Source: a bacterium (GTDB taxonomy: Bacteria > JADJOY01). From it: a DNA stretch of 64,000 nt. Where the stretch lies: positions 1-64,000 of the forward strand of contig JAXLQJ010000042.1 of the NCBI GenBank assembly GCA_046331705.1. Reading direction: 5' to 3'. Position numbers and translations under genes: made by a program. Shown piece by piece: positions 1-8,537 of this stretch. Positions within the stretch are counted from its first letter, which is position 1; every line of letters begins with the position of its first letter. Below the pieces are notes generated by a model. That model had not been told where the DNA came from. It did no database searches and saw only the letters and a list, made by a program, of their open reading frames with translations.

Positions 1-39
1 GAGCGCGGCGCTCCGGCGAGACGCGCGGCGCCGCGCCGC

Positions 40-978
40 TCAGTGGATGATCGGGCCGGTCACGACGACCTCGAACGCGTTGCCGGGGATGCGCCCCAGA
101 TCGTGGAGGTGATCGTCGTCCCAGCGCGGATCCGGCGCGCCGCTCACGTACCAGTCGCTGCCGTTGTCGGCGACGAACATCCCGTACTTCTTGAGCGCGG
201 CGCAGATGACCTGCACCTCGCTGCTGAGCGTCGCGCAGCTGTAGCCCGACTTCATGCGCAGCCTGAGCCCCATGGGCGCGTAGCTCGCGTTGGTGTAGCT
301 CGACGCATGGTGGGTGGCGGGATGGATGAACCCCTTCTGCGTCTTCGAGACCGTGAAGCGCAACGCGTGGTCGATGACCCCCTCTTCCACGACCTCCGCG
401 TAGCGCACCAACCCGGGATAGACGGGCAGCCCGGCGGCATCCGCCGAGGTCCAGTAGTCCGGGCGCAGCGCGTTGCTGCTGAGATCGAAGTAGGCACCCG
501 AGCCCGCCGTCCACGACGCGCCGCCGTTCACGGGATGAGCGTTCCAGAGCTCCCACAGCTCGCAGCGCTCGTGATCCACCACCAGCACGTGACGATCACC
601 GGTGCCGTTCGGCCCGCCCTCGATGGGCGCGTCCGGCGGAATCGGATACGGGCCTGGATCGCTCTCGTCGTCGTAGTCGAACGAGACCGCCACGCGTGGC
701 TGCGAGGCCGTCACCTCGACGTAGGGAATGCCGTTGGGCGCGCCGTTCCACACGGTGCCGAAGTCGGGGTGAAGAAACTTCGCGGCGCCGATCGCCGCGA
801 TGTAGTTCCCCGAGTTGGGATCCACCGCGTAGCTCGAGATGTCCGTGTTCCACGGGTTGTCGAGCGGCAGATCCGTGCACACCTTGCACCCGGGCAGCAA
901 CGCCGCCACGACCACCGTCGCCGCCGCCACCCGCGAGCGCAGGTCCCGATTCGATCCACTTCCGAGTCGCACCGACAC
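40..978 (-). CDS. conserved hypothetical lipoprotein
   Basis: GTG at 978 preceded by an AGGAG SD. Hydrophobic stretch ending LPGC (lipobox-like). Conserved-looking blocks DNPWN, GDRHVLVVD, SADAAGLP, DHALRF, YGMFVADNG. Confidence 0.75.
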   Translation of the reverse strand: MSVRLGSGSNRDLRSRVAAATVVVAALLPGCKVCTDLPLDNPWNTDISSYAVDPNSGNYIAAIGAAKFLHPDFGTVWNGAPNGIPYVEVTASQPRVAVSFDYDDESDPGPYPIPPDAPIEGGPNGTGDRHVLVVDHERCELWELWNAHPVNGGASWTAGSGAYFDLSSNALRPDYWTSADAAGLPVYPGLVRYAEVVEEGVIDHALRFTVSKTQKGFIHPATHHASSYTNASYAPMGLRLRMKSGYSCATLSSEVQVICAALKKYGMFVADNGSDWYVSGAPDPRWDDDHLHDLGRIPGNAFEVVVTGPIIH

Positions 979-1203
979 CAGTCGTGCTCCTTCTCCCCTG
1001 CTTCGCCAGTGAACGTGGAGCATGGCGAGTGCCAACGGGGCGCTCCGCCCGCCATCGTGAAGCGCGAATCGATCCGGTGAGTTGGCGGATCGGGTGCCGA
1101 CCGCGAAGCGCGTCCAGCGAGACAATCCGGCACCCGCTTGACGGTCGGTGACGATCTTGGGCCGCGCCGCGACGAGTGCGGACCAGCGCTCCCGGCGAAC
1201 CGC

Positions 1204-1995
1204 TCAGCGCGGTGGGATCGCGAATCGCTCGCCGGGGGCGAGCAACTTCACCCGTGCCGTCGCGAAGCGCGCGCGCGCATGCCGCTCGAGGCGCCGGGCG
1301 GGCGCCGCCATGGGCTCGGCAGAGAGGCGAAACGTCGCGTGATGGATCGGGACGAGGAAACGCGCGCCCAGCTCGTCGAGACCGTCGAGGGCGTCCTCGG
1401 GCGCCATGTGGAAGCGGCGAAACGGCGGCGGCGAGTAGGCTCCGATCGGCAGCAGCGCGACGTCGATCTCGAAGCGCCTGCCCACCTCGCCGTATCGATC
1501 ACACCGGCCGGTATCCCCGGAGAACATCACGGTCAGCCCGTGGTGCTCGACGATGAAGCCGCCGTAGCTGGTACGTCGCCGCCACGGCGCGCGACCGCCG
1601 AAATGCGTGGCGGGAATCGCCGTCACGCGCGCGCCGCACGGCAGCTCCGTGCTCTCGAACCACGCGAGCGTTCGCACGTCGCGAAACCCCACGGCCTCGA
1701 CCAGGTCGGCGTAGCCCGGCGCGACGACCACCGGCGGCGGTCGATCGCCACTGGCGCGGCGCAGTGCACGCAGGCTGGGCAGATCGAGGTGATCGTAGTG
1801 CGCGTGCGAGACCAGGACGCCGTCGAGCGGCACCAGCTCGCGCACGTGGGGGGGCGGTGGCGCCAAGCGCCGCACCACGACACCGACGAAACGCGACAAC
1901 ACGGGGTCGGTGAGAAATCGCGCGCCGCCCAGCTCGATCAACGCCGTCGCGTGGCCAAGCCACCGCACCGAGTCCGGGCCTCGCGGGTCGTTCAT
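1204..1995 (-). CDS. MBL-fold metallo-hydrolase (NAPE-PLD/UlaG-like)
   Basis: WLGHAT, LTDPV, SHAHYDHLD (HxHxDH), FSGDTG, LPIGAY and PIHH motifs. Confidence 0.9.
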   Translation of the reverse strand: MNDPRGPDSVRWLGHATALIELGGARFLTDPVLSRFVGVVVRRLAPPPPHVRELVPLDGVLVSHAHYDHLDLPSLRALRRASGDRPPPVVVAPGYADLVEAVGFRDVRTLAWFESTELPCGARVTAIPATHFGGRAPWRRRTSYGGFIVEHHGLTVMFSGDTGRCDRYGEVGRRFEIDVALLPIGAYSPPPFRRFHMAPEDALDGLDELGARFLVPIHHATFRLSAEPMAAPARRLERHARARFATARVKLLAPGERFAIPPR

Positions 1996-2050
1996 GGCGA
2001 TCGAGTGTAAGGGGTGGTCCGCGCACCCACCAGCACGCGAGCGAGCGTGA

Positions 2051-2884
2051 TCAGCGCGGCGACGGCGGCTCGTCACGCTGCAGCGGCGGCGCGAGCGCCC
2101 GAAGATCGTGCGACTGGCTCGGCTCGCCCCGCTCGAGGTCCGCGAGCGAGTAACGCTCCAATCGACCCGAGCGCGCGACGATGAGGAACCCAAACGCATC
2201 CCACTCGGCCCATGTCACATCCGCGCCGAGCTGAACGTGAGGCGTGTCGATCGAGAACCGATGACGAGCGGCTGTCCCGTCCGTCGAGAGGTGCAGTCTT
2301 GGGTGCGCGCGAGTCGGGCACGCCGACCACGCTGCGAACGGGTAGGCAGCCGCGCTGCGTGCGACGAGCGGGGGATGAGGGTCACGCGTCCAACCGTTGC
2401 GGCGCATCCGCGCGGCGAGCACGCCGTCCCGCATCCGGTAGAGCGAGGACTCGAGCGCGAACGGTAGCGCTGCGGGGTCGTCCTGTCCGGACGCCCGCAT
2501 GCGCCACCACGCGCGCGGGACCGGCTCGTCCGCGTCGAGCACGAGCCGCTCCGGCTCGACCCACACACCGCCGCCGAACCACGTGCCACAGCCCTCCCAG
2601 CTGCGGAACGTCGCCAGCCACGGCGGCCGACAGATGCCCGTCCAGGCGGTCGTTCCATCCGCACCCACGGCGAAATAGACCATCCACTGGCCGTCGAACG
2701 AGAGGTCGCAGCGCTCAGCGTGGATCCGCCCCCGAAACCACGAGCCCGGCTCGAGGGTGTCGTCGGCGGTGTTCCACCGCAGGACGTGGATGTGCTTGCT
2801 TCGCACACGGGCCAACACGACGACCACCGACGCGTGCCGCGCGGCCAGGAAGTGGATGCGCGGCGGGATCGACGCGGGCCTCAC
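2051..2884 (-). CDS. conserved hypothetical protein
   Basis: 277-aa ORF with protein-like composition (GSWFRGRI..RCDLSFDG, WTGICRPPW, TWFGGG). TAGTCT -10-like hexamer 7 nt before the GTG. Confidence 0.7.
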   Translation of the reverse strand: MRPASIPPRIHFLAARHASVVVVLARVRSKHIHVLRWNTADDTLEPGSWFRGRIHAERCDLSFDGQWMVYFAVGADGTTAWTGICRPPWLATFRSWEGCGTWFGGGVWVEPERLVLDADEPVPRAWWRMRASGQDDPAALPFALESSLYRMRDGVLAARMRRNGWTRDPHPPLVARSAAAYPFAAWSACPTRAHPRLHLSTDGTAARHRFSIDTPHVQLGADVTWAEWDAFGFLIVARSGRLERYSLADLERGEPSQSHDLRALAPPLQRDEPPSPR

Positions 2885-2919
2885 GGCCGGGAGACTACCG
2901 CGAGCGCCGAGCGCGCCGG

Positions 2920-4041
2920 TCAGAGAGCCAGCAAATTGGCGAGGCGCGCGCGATGGAAGGTCGCGTCACCGAGGAGGACGTCGCTCACGCGGGCGCGCCG
3001 ATAGAAGAGGTGCGCGTCATGCTCCCAGGTGAAGCCGATGCCGCCGTGGACCTGGATGAGCTCGGTGGCGGCGCGCTGGAACGCGTCACCGCAGAACGCC
3101 TTCGCGAGGCTCGCGGCCTGCGGCAGCTCCTCGGGGTTGTCGCCGGCCACCCAGCCAGCCCAATGCGCGGCAACGCGGGCGCTCTCGACCTCCAGCAAGA
3201 CCTCGGCACATTTGTGTTTCACGGCCTGGAAATAGCCGATCGGTCGTCCGAATTGCACGCGGATCTTCGCGTATTCGACGGCCATCTCGAGAGCGCGCGC
3301 CGCCGCGCCGGCCATCTCGGCGGCGAGGAGCACCGCGCCGCGATCGAGAACCCGTGCGAGCGCCGGCTCCGCGCGACCGCGCTCACCGAGCAGCCGTGCC
3401 CGCGCACCGCCGAAATCGATGCGCGCGAGCTTGCGCGTTGCATCGAGGCCGTGCAGCAACTCGGTCGAGAGCCCGCCGCCGTGGCCATCGACCACGAAGA
3501 GCGAAAGCCCCTCGTCCTCGCCGGCGCGCGCCGCGACCAGCAGCAGATCCGCGAGGTGTCCGTCGATCACGTAGCTCTTCGAGCCCTCGAGGACGTGATC
3601 CGCGCCGTCCCGGCGCGCGACCATGCGGATCTCCGCGAGGCTCGCGCCTGCGCCGGGCTCCTGCCACGCCACGGCGCCGAGGCGGGTACCCTCCGCCAGC
3701 GCGGGCAGCAGCTGGTCGCGATCCTGCTCGGTTCCCTGCTCCAGGATCAGGTCCGCCGCCAGACCGATGCTCGCGAGATAGGGTGACGGGAAGAGCACCC
3801 GTCCCATCTCCTCGAGGACGATGATCTGCTCCAGGAAGCCGAAGCCTTGGCCGCCCTGGGCCTCCGGGATGCGCAGGCCCTGCAAGCCCAGATCGCGCGC
3901 CATCTGCGTCCAGACCTGCGCGTCGTAGCCCTCGCGCGAGTCCATGAGGCGGCGCACCTCGGTGGACGCCGAGTGCGCCGCGAAGAAGCGGCGCAACGAA
4001 TCGCGAAACGCTTCCTGCTCGTCGCTGAACGCGAAGTTCAC
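2920..4041 (-). CDS. acyl-CoA dehydrogenase (FadE/ChsE-type subunit)
   Basis: MNFAFSDEQ N-terminus, R-x-QFGRPIG-x-FQAVKH and QVHGGIGFTWEH motifs. Lies directly downstream of the P450. Confidence 0.93.
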   Translation of the reverse strand: MNFAFSDEQEAFRDSLRRFFAAHSASTEVRRLMDSREGYDAQVWTQMARDLGLQGLRIPEAQGGQGFGFLEQIIVLEEMGRVLFPSPYLASIGLAADLILEQGTEQDRDQLLPALAEGTRLGAVAWQEPGAGASLAEIRMVARRDGADHVLEGSKSYVIDGHLADLLLVAARAGEDEGLSLFVVDGHGGGLSTELLHGLDATRKLARIDFGGARARLLGERGRAEPALARVLDRGAVLLAAEMAGAAARALEMAVEYAKIRVQFGRPIGYFQAVKHKCAEVLLEVESARVAAHWAGWVAGDNPEELPQAASLAKAFCGDAFQRAATELIQVHGGIGFTWEHDAHLFYRRARVSDVLLGDATFHRARLANLLAL

Positions 4042-4051
4042 GGTGGCGGGC

Positions 4052-5308
4052 TCAGCGTTCGGGCGTGAAGGAGACCTGCATCTCCTTCACGCCGTTGATG
4101 AAGTTGGAGCGCAGCCGGCGCGGCTCGCTCTCGAGCTTGAGGTTCTTGAGCCGCCCCAGCACTTCCTCGAAGAAGATCTGGATCTCGAGACGCGCCAGGT
4201 GGGCGCCCATGCAGTAGTGCTCGCCGATGCCGAACGTGAGGTGCTCGTTGGGCTGGCGTGCGACGTCGAACTTGAACGGGTCGGGAAACACCGCCTCGTC
4301 GAAGTTCGCGGACAGGTGGTACATCGCCACCTTCTCGCCCTTGAGGATGGGCACGCCGCGGATCTCGGTGTCCTCGGTGAGGGTACGGCGGAAGTACATC
4401 ACCGGCGTCACCCAACGCAGGAACTCCTCGACCGCCGTGGGCATCAAGCTCGGATCGGCGTAGAGCCGCTCGAGCTGGTCGGGATGCTGGAAGAGCGCGT
4501 GCATGGCGCCCGAGATCAGGTTGCGGGTGGTCTCGTTACCGGCGACGGTCAGCAGCAAGAAGAAAGCGTCCATCTCGGCCACCGAGATGCGCTCGCCGTC
4601 GACCTCGCCGTTCATCACCACGCTGATGAGATCCGTTCCCGGCTGGTTCTGGCGCTGCTCGATCAGCTCGTTCGCGTAGCCCCAGATCTCCATGGCCACC
4701 ATGCGGCCCTGTTCCATGGAGGTGCGGAACTCGGGGTCGTCGAAGCCGATCATGCAATTCGACCAGTCGAAGAGCTTCTGGCGATCCGCCAGCGGCACGC
4801 CGAGCAGCTCGGCGATCACCTGCAACGGCAGCTCGACGGCGAGATCGGCCACGAAGTCGCACTTGCCCTTCTTGGCGACCTTGTCGACGAGCTCCCGCGT
4901 CACGCGGCGAATGTTGGGCTCGAGCTCCTTGGTCATGCGCGGAGTGAAGCCGCGGCTGATGATCCGCCGATAACGCGAATGGTCGGGCGGGTCCATGGTG
5001 AGCATCATCGCCCGCATCGCCGGCAGGTCTTCCTCGTCGTAGTCCTCGATGTTGGTGCCGCCGAGCCACGACGAGAAGAGGTTCGGGTGCGTCGAGACGT
5101 GCACCACGTCGTCGTAACGCGTGAGCGCCCAGAAGCCAGGGGCACCGCGCCCACCGGCCGGATTCCAGTAGACCGGCGCGTGCTCGCGCAGCTTCTTGAG
5201 CTTCTCGTGGGGCGGCGACACGACGTACTGATCGCAATCGTAGAGATCGAGACCAGCGACGGCGGCGGGAGCGCGCTTGCGCGCTTCGAGCTGAGTGCTG
5301 TCCGACAT
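4052..5308 (-). CDS. cytochrome P450, CYP125/CYP142/CYP124-like (putative steroid C26 monooxygenase)
   Basis: I-helix AGNETT, ExxR (EFLR) and heme motif FGIGEHYCMG. GFWALTR and MDPPDH..YR blocks. GAGG SD before the ATG at 5308. Confidence 0.92.
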   Translation of the reverse strand: MSDSTQLEARKRAPAAVAGLDLYDCDQYVVSPPHEKLKKLREHAPVYWNPAGGRGAPGFWALTRYDDVVHVSTHPNLFSSWLGGTNIEDYDEEDLPAMRAMMLTMDPPDHSRYRRIISRGFTPRMTKELEPNIRRVTRELVDKVAKKGKCDFVADLAVELPLQVIAELLGVPLADRQKLFDWSNCMIGFDDPEFRTSMEQGRMVAMEIWGYANELIEQRQNQPGTDLISVVMNGEVDGERISVAEMDAFFLLLTVAGNETTRNLISGAMHALFQHPDQLERLYADPSLMPTAVEEFLRWVTPVMYFRRTLTEDTEIRGVPILKGEKVAMYHLSANFDEAVFPDPFKFDVARQPNEHLTFGIGEHYCMGAHLARLEIQIFFEEVLGRLKNLKLESEPRRLRSNFINGVKEMQVSFTPER

Positions 5309-5359
5309 GCGAGCCTCCTCGCGCGCGAGCCACCCGTGCGACCCGCGCCGAGCGCGAAG

Positions 5360-5373
5360 TAGAACATGTTTCA
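5360..5373. promoter_or_regulatory. KstR-type operator TAGAACATGTTTCA
   Basis: Exact match to TnnAACnnGTTnnA in the P450/echA19 divergent intergenic region. Confidence 0.75.
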
Positions 5374-5433
5374 CTTGTGCCAGCAAGGCACGAGAACGCG
5401 TTTCCGCGCCCGAAATCGGCTTGAGTAGGCGAG

Positions 5434-5447
5434 TAGAACGTGTTTCA
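5434..5447. promoter_or_regulatory. KstR-type operator TAGAACGTGTTTCA
   Basis: Exact match to TnnAACnnGTTnnA, ending 29 nt before the echA19 start. Near-identical to the 5360 site. Confidence 0.75.
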
Positions 5448-5476
5448 CTCGCGCCCGAAACCGACCGGAGGAGCTC

Positions 5477-6277
5477 ATGCCCGAAGCCGCGCCGCATTGC
5501 CTCGTCGAACGGGAAGATCACGTCGTCATCGTCACGATGAATCGCCCCGAGAAGAAGAACGCGTTCACTCCCCAGATGCTCGCGATCATGGCGGACGCCT
5601 GGATCCAGGGCGACGAAGACCCCACGGTGCGCGCGTTCGTGCTCACCGGCGCCGGCGGCTGCTTCTGCTCGGGCGCCGATCTCAAGGCGATGATGGGTGG
5701 CTACGGCGAGGACGAGTGGACCAAGCGCTTCCAGGAGGACTCCGATCTCCAGTGGAAGGCGCTGCTACGCCACTACCGCACCAAGAAGCCGCTGATCGCC
5801 GCCGTCGAAGGTCCGGCGATCGCGGGCGGCACCGAGATCCTCCAGGGAACGGACATCCGGGTCGCCGCCGAGGGCGCCACCTTCGGGGTCTCGGAGGTGA
5901 AGTGGGGGCTCTTCCCGCTGGGTGGCTCGACGGTTCGCTTGCGGAGGCAGATCCCGTACACGCTCGCCGCGGAGATCCTCCTCACCGGCCGTCACATCAG
6001 CGCCGCCGAGGCGAAGGACATCGGGCTCATCGGCCGCGTGGTGCCGAACGGCCAGGCGCTCGCCGAGGCCAAGAAGGTGGCCCACCAGATCGCCGAGAAC
6101 GGCCCACTCGCCGTGCAAACCGTGCTGCGCTCGTTGCGCGAGACCGAGGGAATGACCGAGAAGGACGCCCTCGCTCACGAGCTCGAGATCGGCTTCCCGA
6201 TCTTCATGAGCTCCGACGCCCAAGAAGGGCCGCGCGCGTTCAAGGAAAAGCGCAAGCCCAACTTCACGGGCACCTGA
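5477..6277 (+). CDS. echA19: crotonase/enoyl-CoA hydratase, EchA19-like
   Basis: VTMNRPEKKNA, FCSGADLK, AIAGGTEILQGTDIRVA and GGSTVRLRRQIPY blocks typical of the EchA19 subfamily. GGAGG SD. Confidence 0.85.
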   Translation: MPEAAPHCLVEREDHVVIVTMNRPEKKNAFTPQMLAIMADAWIQGDEDPTVRAFVLTGAGGCFCSGADLKAMMGGYGEDEWTKRFQEDSDLQWKALLRHYRTKKPLIAAVEGPAIAGGTEILQGTDIRVAAEGATFGVSEVKWGLFPLGGSTVRLRRQIPYTLAAEILLTGRHISAAEAKDIGLIGRVVPNGQALAEAKKVAHQIAENGPLAVQTVLRSLRETEGMTEKDALAHELEIGFPIFMSSDAQEGPRAFKEKRKPNFTGT

Positions 6278-6296
6278 TGACCTCCCGAAGCGCCCG

Positions 6297-6941
6297 ATGA
6301 GCGACGATCCCGCGCACGACGCGGCCTTGGTGGCGTTGGCGGAGAACGTGCGCGGGCTCGTCGAGCGCGTGGTGCGAAGCCAGGCGACCACCGAGCAGAT
6401 CGAAGCGCTGAACGAGCAGGTGCGCGCGCTCTGCGAGAGCCTCGACCCGCACACCCGCGCCGCCGGCCCGAGCGAGCTGCCGCGCGTCTACCACGCCCGC
6501 GAGCCGCACCGCTTCCTGCCCCGCAACATGGTGAGCGGGCACCTGAACCCGCTGGCGCCGCCGGTGCAGGTCGAGATCCTGGACGACCACGTGATCGGCC
6601 GCGTCACGTTCACCCAGCCGTACGAGGGTCCACCCGGCTACGTCCACGGCGGCATGGTGGCGAGCGTCCTCGACCAGATCCTCGCGTTCGCGAACCTCGC
6701 GAGCGGCCATTTCGGCTTCACGGCGAAGCTCACGATCCGTTATCACCGCCCCACTCCGCTCTTTCGCGAGATTCGCTTCGAGGCGCGCCACGATCGGATC
6801 GACGGCAAACGCAGCTACGTCGCCGGCCAGGTCTTCGACGGCGAGGTGCTCACCGCCGATGCCGAGGGGCTCTTCGTGTCCATCGACGTCGAGCGCGCCA
6901 AGGCGTATTTCCCGCACACCGACGATTTCGGCACGGGCTGA
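6297..6941 (+). CDS. PaaI/hotdog-fold thioesterase
   Basis: NPLAPP and YEGPPGYVHGG..LD motifs, TAKLTIRY. Co-oriented just downstream of echA19. Confidence 0.88.
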   Translation: MSDDPAHDAALVALAENVRGLVERVVRSQATTEQIEALNEQVRALCESLDPHTRAAGPSELPRVYHAREPHRFLPRNMVSGHLNPLAPPVQVEILDDHVIGRVTFTQPYEGPPGYVHGGMVASVLDQILAFANLASGHFGFTAKLTIRYHRPTPLFREIRFEARHDRIDGKRSYVAGQVFDGEVLTADAEGLFVSIDVERAKAYFPHTDDFGTG

Positions 6942-7043
6942 AGCCGTGGCCGCCGCGACGGCCCGCCGGGTCGCGCGGCGTGACGAGCTCGGCTAGCCTG
7001 GGCCCGCCGTTCCCAGAGATCTCGGCACCCACGGGAGGACCCG

Positions 7044-7583
7044 ATGACACGCTCGGCCCCGCTCGTTCTCGCGTTCGCGGCGCTCGCCCTTCCGCTCTCG
7101 ACGCGCGCCGACACCGCCGCACCCAGCGCGGCGCCGAAGCCCGCCGACTGCAGCGCGACCGAGTACCGTCAGTTCGACTTCTGGATGGGAAGCTGGGAAG
7201 TCCGCGAGCCCGACGGAAGCCTCGCCGGCACCAACACCCTCGAGCCCATCCTCGACGGGTGCGCCTTCGTCGAGCACTGGACGGGCGCGCAAGGCGGTCG
7301 CGGCACCTCGCTCAACTTCTACGACGCCGCGACGAAGCGCTGGTCTCAGACCTGGATCGACAACCACGGGCGGCCGCTGCGCCTCGAGGGCGCGTTTCGC
7401 GACGGCAAGATGATCCTGGAAGGAGCACAGCGGGACGCCGACGCGTCACGCCGTTCGCAACCGGCTGACCTGGACCCGCTGCCCAACCACCACGTGCGGC
7501 AGCTCTGGGAATCGACCAAGGACGACGGCGCCACCTGGAGCGTCGAGTTCGACGGCGATTACGCGCCGAAGCCCGCGCCCTGA
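7044..7583 (+). CDS. secreted hypothetical protein (DUF1579-like beta-barrel)
   Basis: Signal peptide. CS..EYRQFDFWMGSW, G.S.NFYD..W.QTWID and VRQLWE motifs. GGAGG SD. Probable local frame scrambling at ~7442-7480. Confidence 0.75.
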   Translation: MTRSAPLVLAFAALALPLSTRADTAAPSAAPKPADCSATEYRQFDFWMGSWEVREPDGSLAGTNTLEPILDGCAFVEHWTGAQGGRGTSLNFYDAATKRWSQTWIDNHGRPLRLEGAFRDGKMILEGAQRDADASRRSQPADLDPLPNHHVRQLWESTKDDGATWSVEFDGDYAPKPAP

Positions 7584-8344
7584 TCGCGCGCACCCACCGC
7601 CGCGCCGGCGCGGGTGAGATGCGCGACCAGGCTCGCGAGTCCCGCCGGCAGGCTGCCCTTCGCGCCGATCGCGCGGGCCACCGCACGCGCCTCGCCGTCG
7701 AGCTCGAGCAGATCGAACAGGGTCTCGTGCGCGCATCGCGCTCGGTCCTCGTCACCCGGGAAAGCGCGCGCCGACGCCAACCAGATCTTCCGCTTGAGCG
7801 CCACGAAGAGATAGATCGCGTGCCCGTTCATGTCGGCGAGCACGTAGTCGCGATCCGCGCACCACGCCGCATCGAATCGCGCCTCAAGCTCCCGCCAGCG
7901 CCGATCCTCGACGGCGCGATCGAGCAGCGCGAAGAAGCCCACCTGCGCCTCGTGATGCTCGGGCGCGGCGAGCTTCTCCAGGTGACAGAGGTCGTGGATC
8001 GCGAAGTCGAGCGCATCCGCGTGCGGCGCGGTGTCCATGTCGTCCGCGAGCAGCGACACGCAGCGCCATCCGCGCGCTTGCAGACCGAGCATCTCCCGCG
8101 CGCTCGGCTTGCGCTCGATCCAGCCGACCTTGCGCTCGCCCTTCGCCCAGGCGAGAAGGGCGCGCGGCACGGCGTCGGGGACGCGAAAGAGCCGGCGCGT
8201 CGCGAATTCCCGGAGGCGCGCGCCGTCCGCGTCGCCGTCGCTCGCGAGCGGTGGACGCCGGGCGCCGCCGAGCCAGCGCGGTCCATGCCGGCGCTCGAGA
8301 CGAGCGGCGAGGAATTCCGCGACGGGCCCGACATCGAGGTTCAC
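7559..8344 (-). CDS. hypothetical protein with HDLxH motif
   Basis: Protein-like C-terminal part of the 398-aa ORF (QARGWRCVS, DALDFAIHDLCHLE, QVGFF, YVLADMN). Start uncertain; GTG 8344 chosen. Confidence 0.65.
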   Translation of the reverse strand: MNLDVGPVAEFLAARLERRHGPRWLGGARRPPLASDGDADGARLREFATRRLFRVPDAVPRALLAWAKGERKVGWIERKPSAREMLGLQARGWRCVSLLADDMDTAPHADALDFAIHDLCHLEKLAAPEHHEAQVGFFALLDRAVEDRRWRELEARFDAAWCADRDYVLADMNGHAIYLFVALKRKIWLASARAFPGDEDRARCAHETLFDLLELDGEARAVARAIGAKGSLPAGLASLVAHLTRAGAAVGARDQGAGFGA

Positions 8345-8537
8345 GAGCTGGCGCTCCTGCTCGGGCGATTCGCCGCCGGCGCTTCGGCCCGCTGCGGCGC
8401 CCTTCGAATCGCGGTGGGTGTCGACTATTCTCGCGCGAGCGCCAAGGAGCGCACCGTCACGGGGAGAGGCGGCTCCACTCGCGCGCCGCGCGGCAGCCAC
8501 GGTCGTGGCGAGGGAATCACCAGGATCTTCTCGCGGT

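Noticed and set aside
5374-5388. CTTG..CAAG element as a KstR2 operator
   Set aside because: The half-sites are in the opposite order and spacing to AnCAAGnnCTTGnT.
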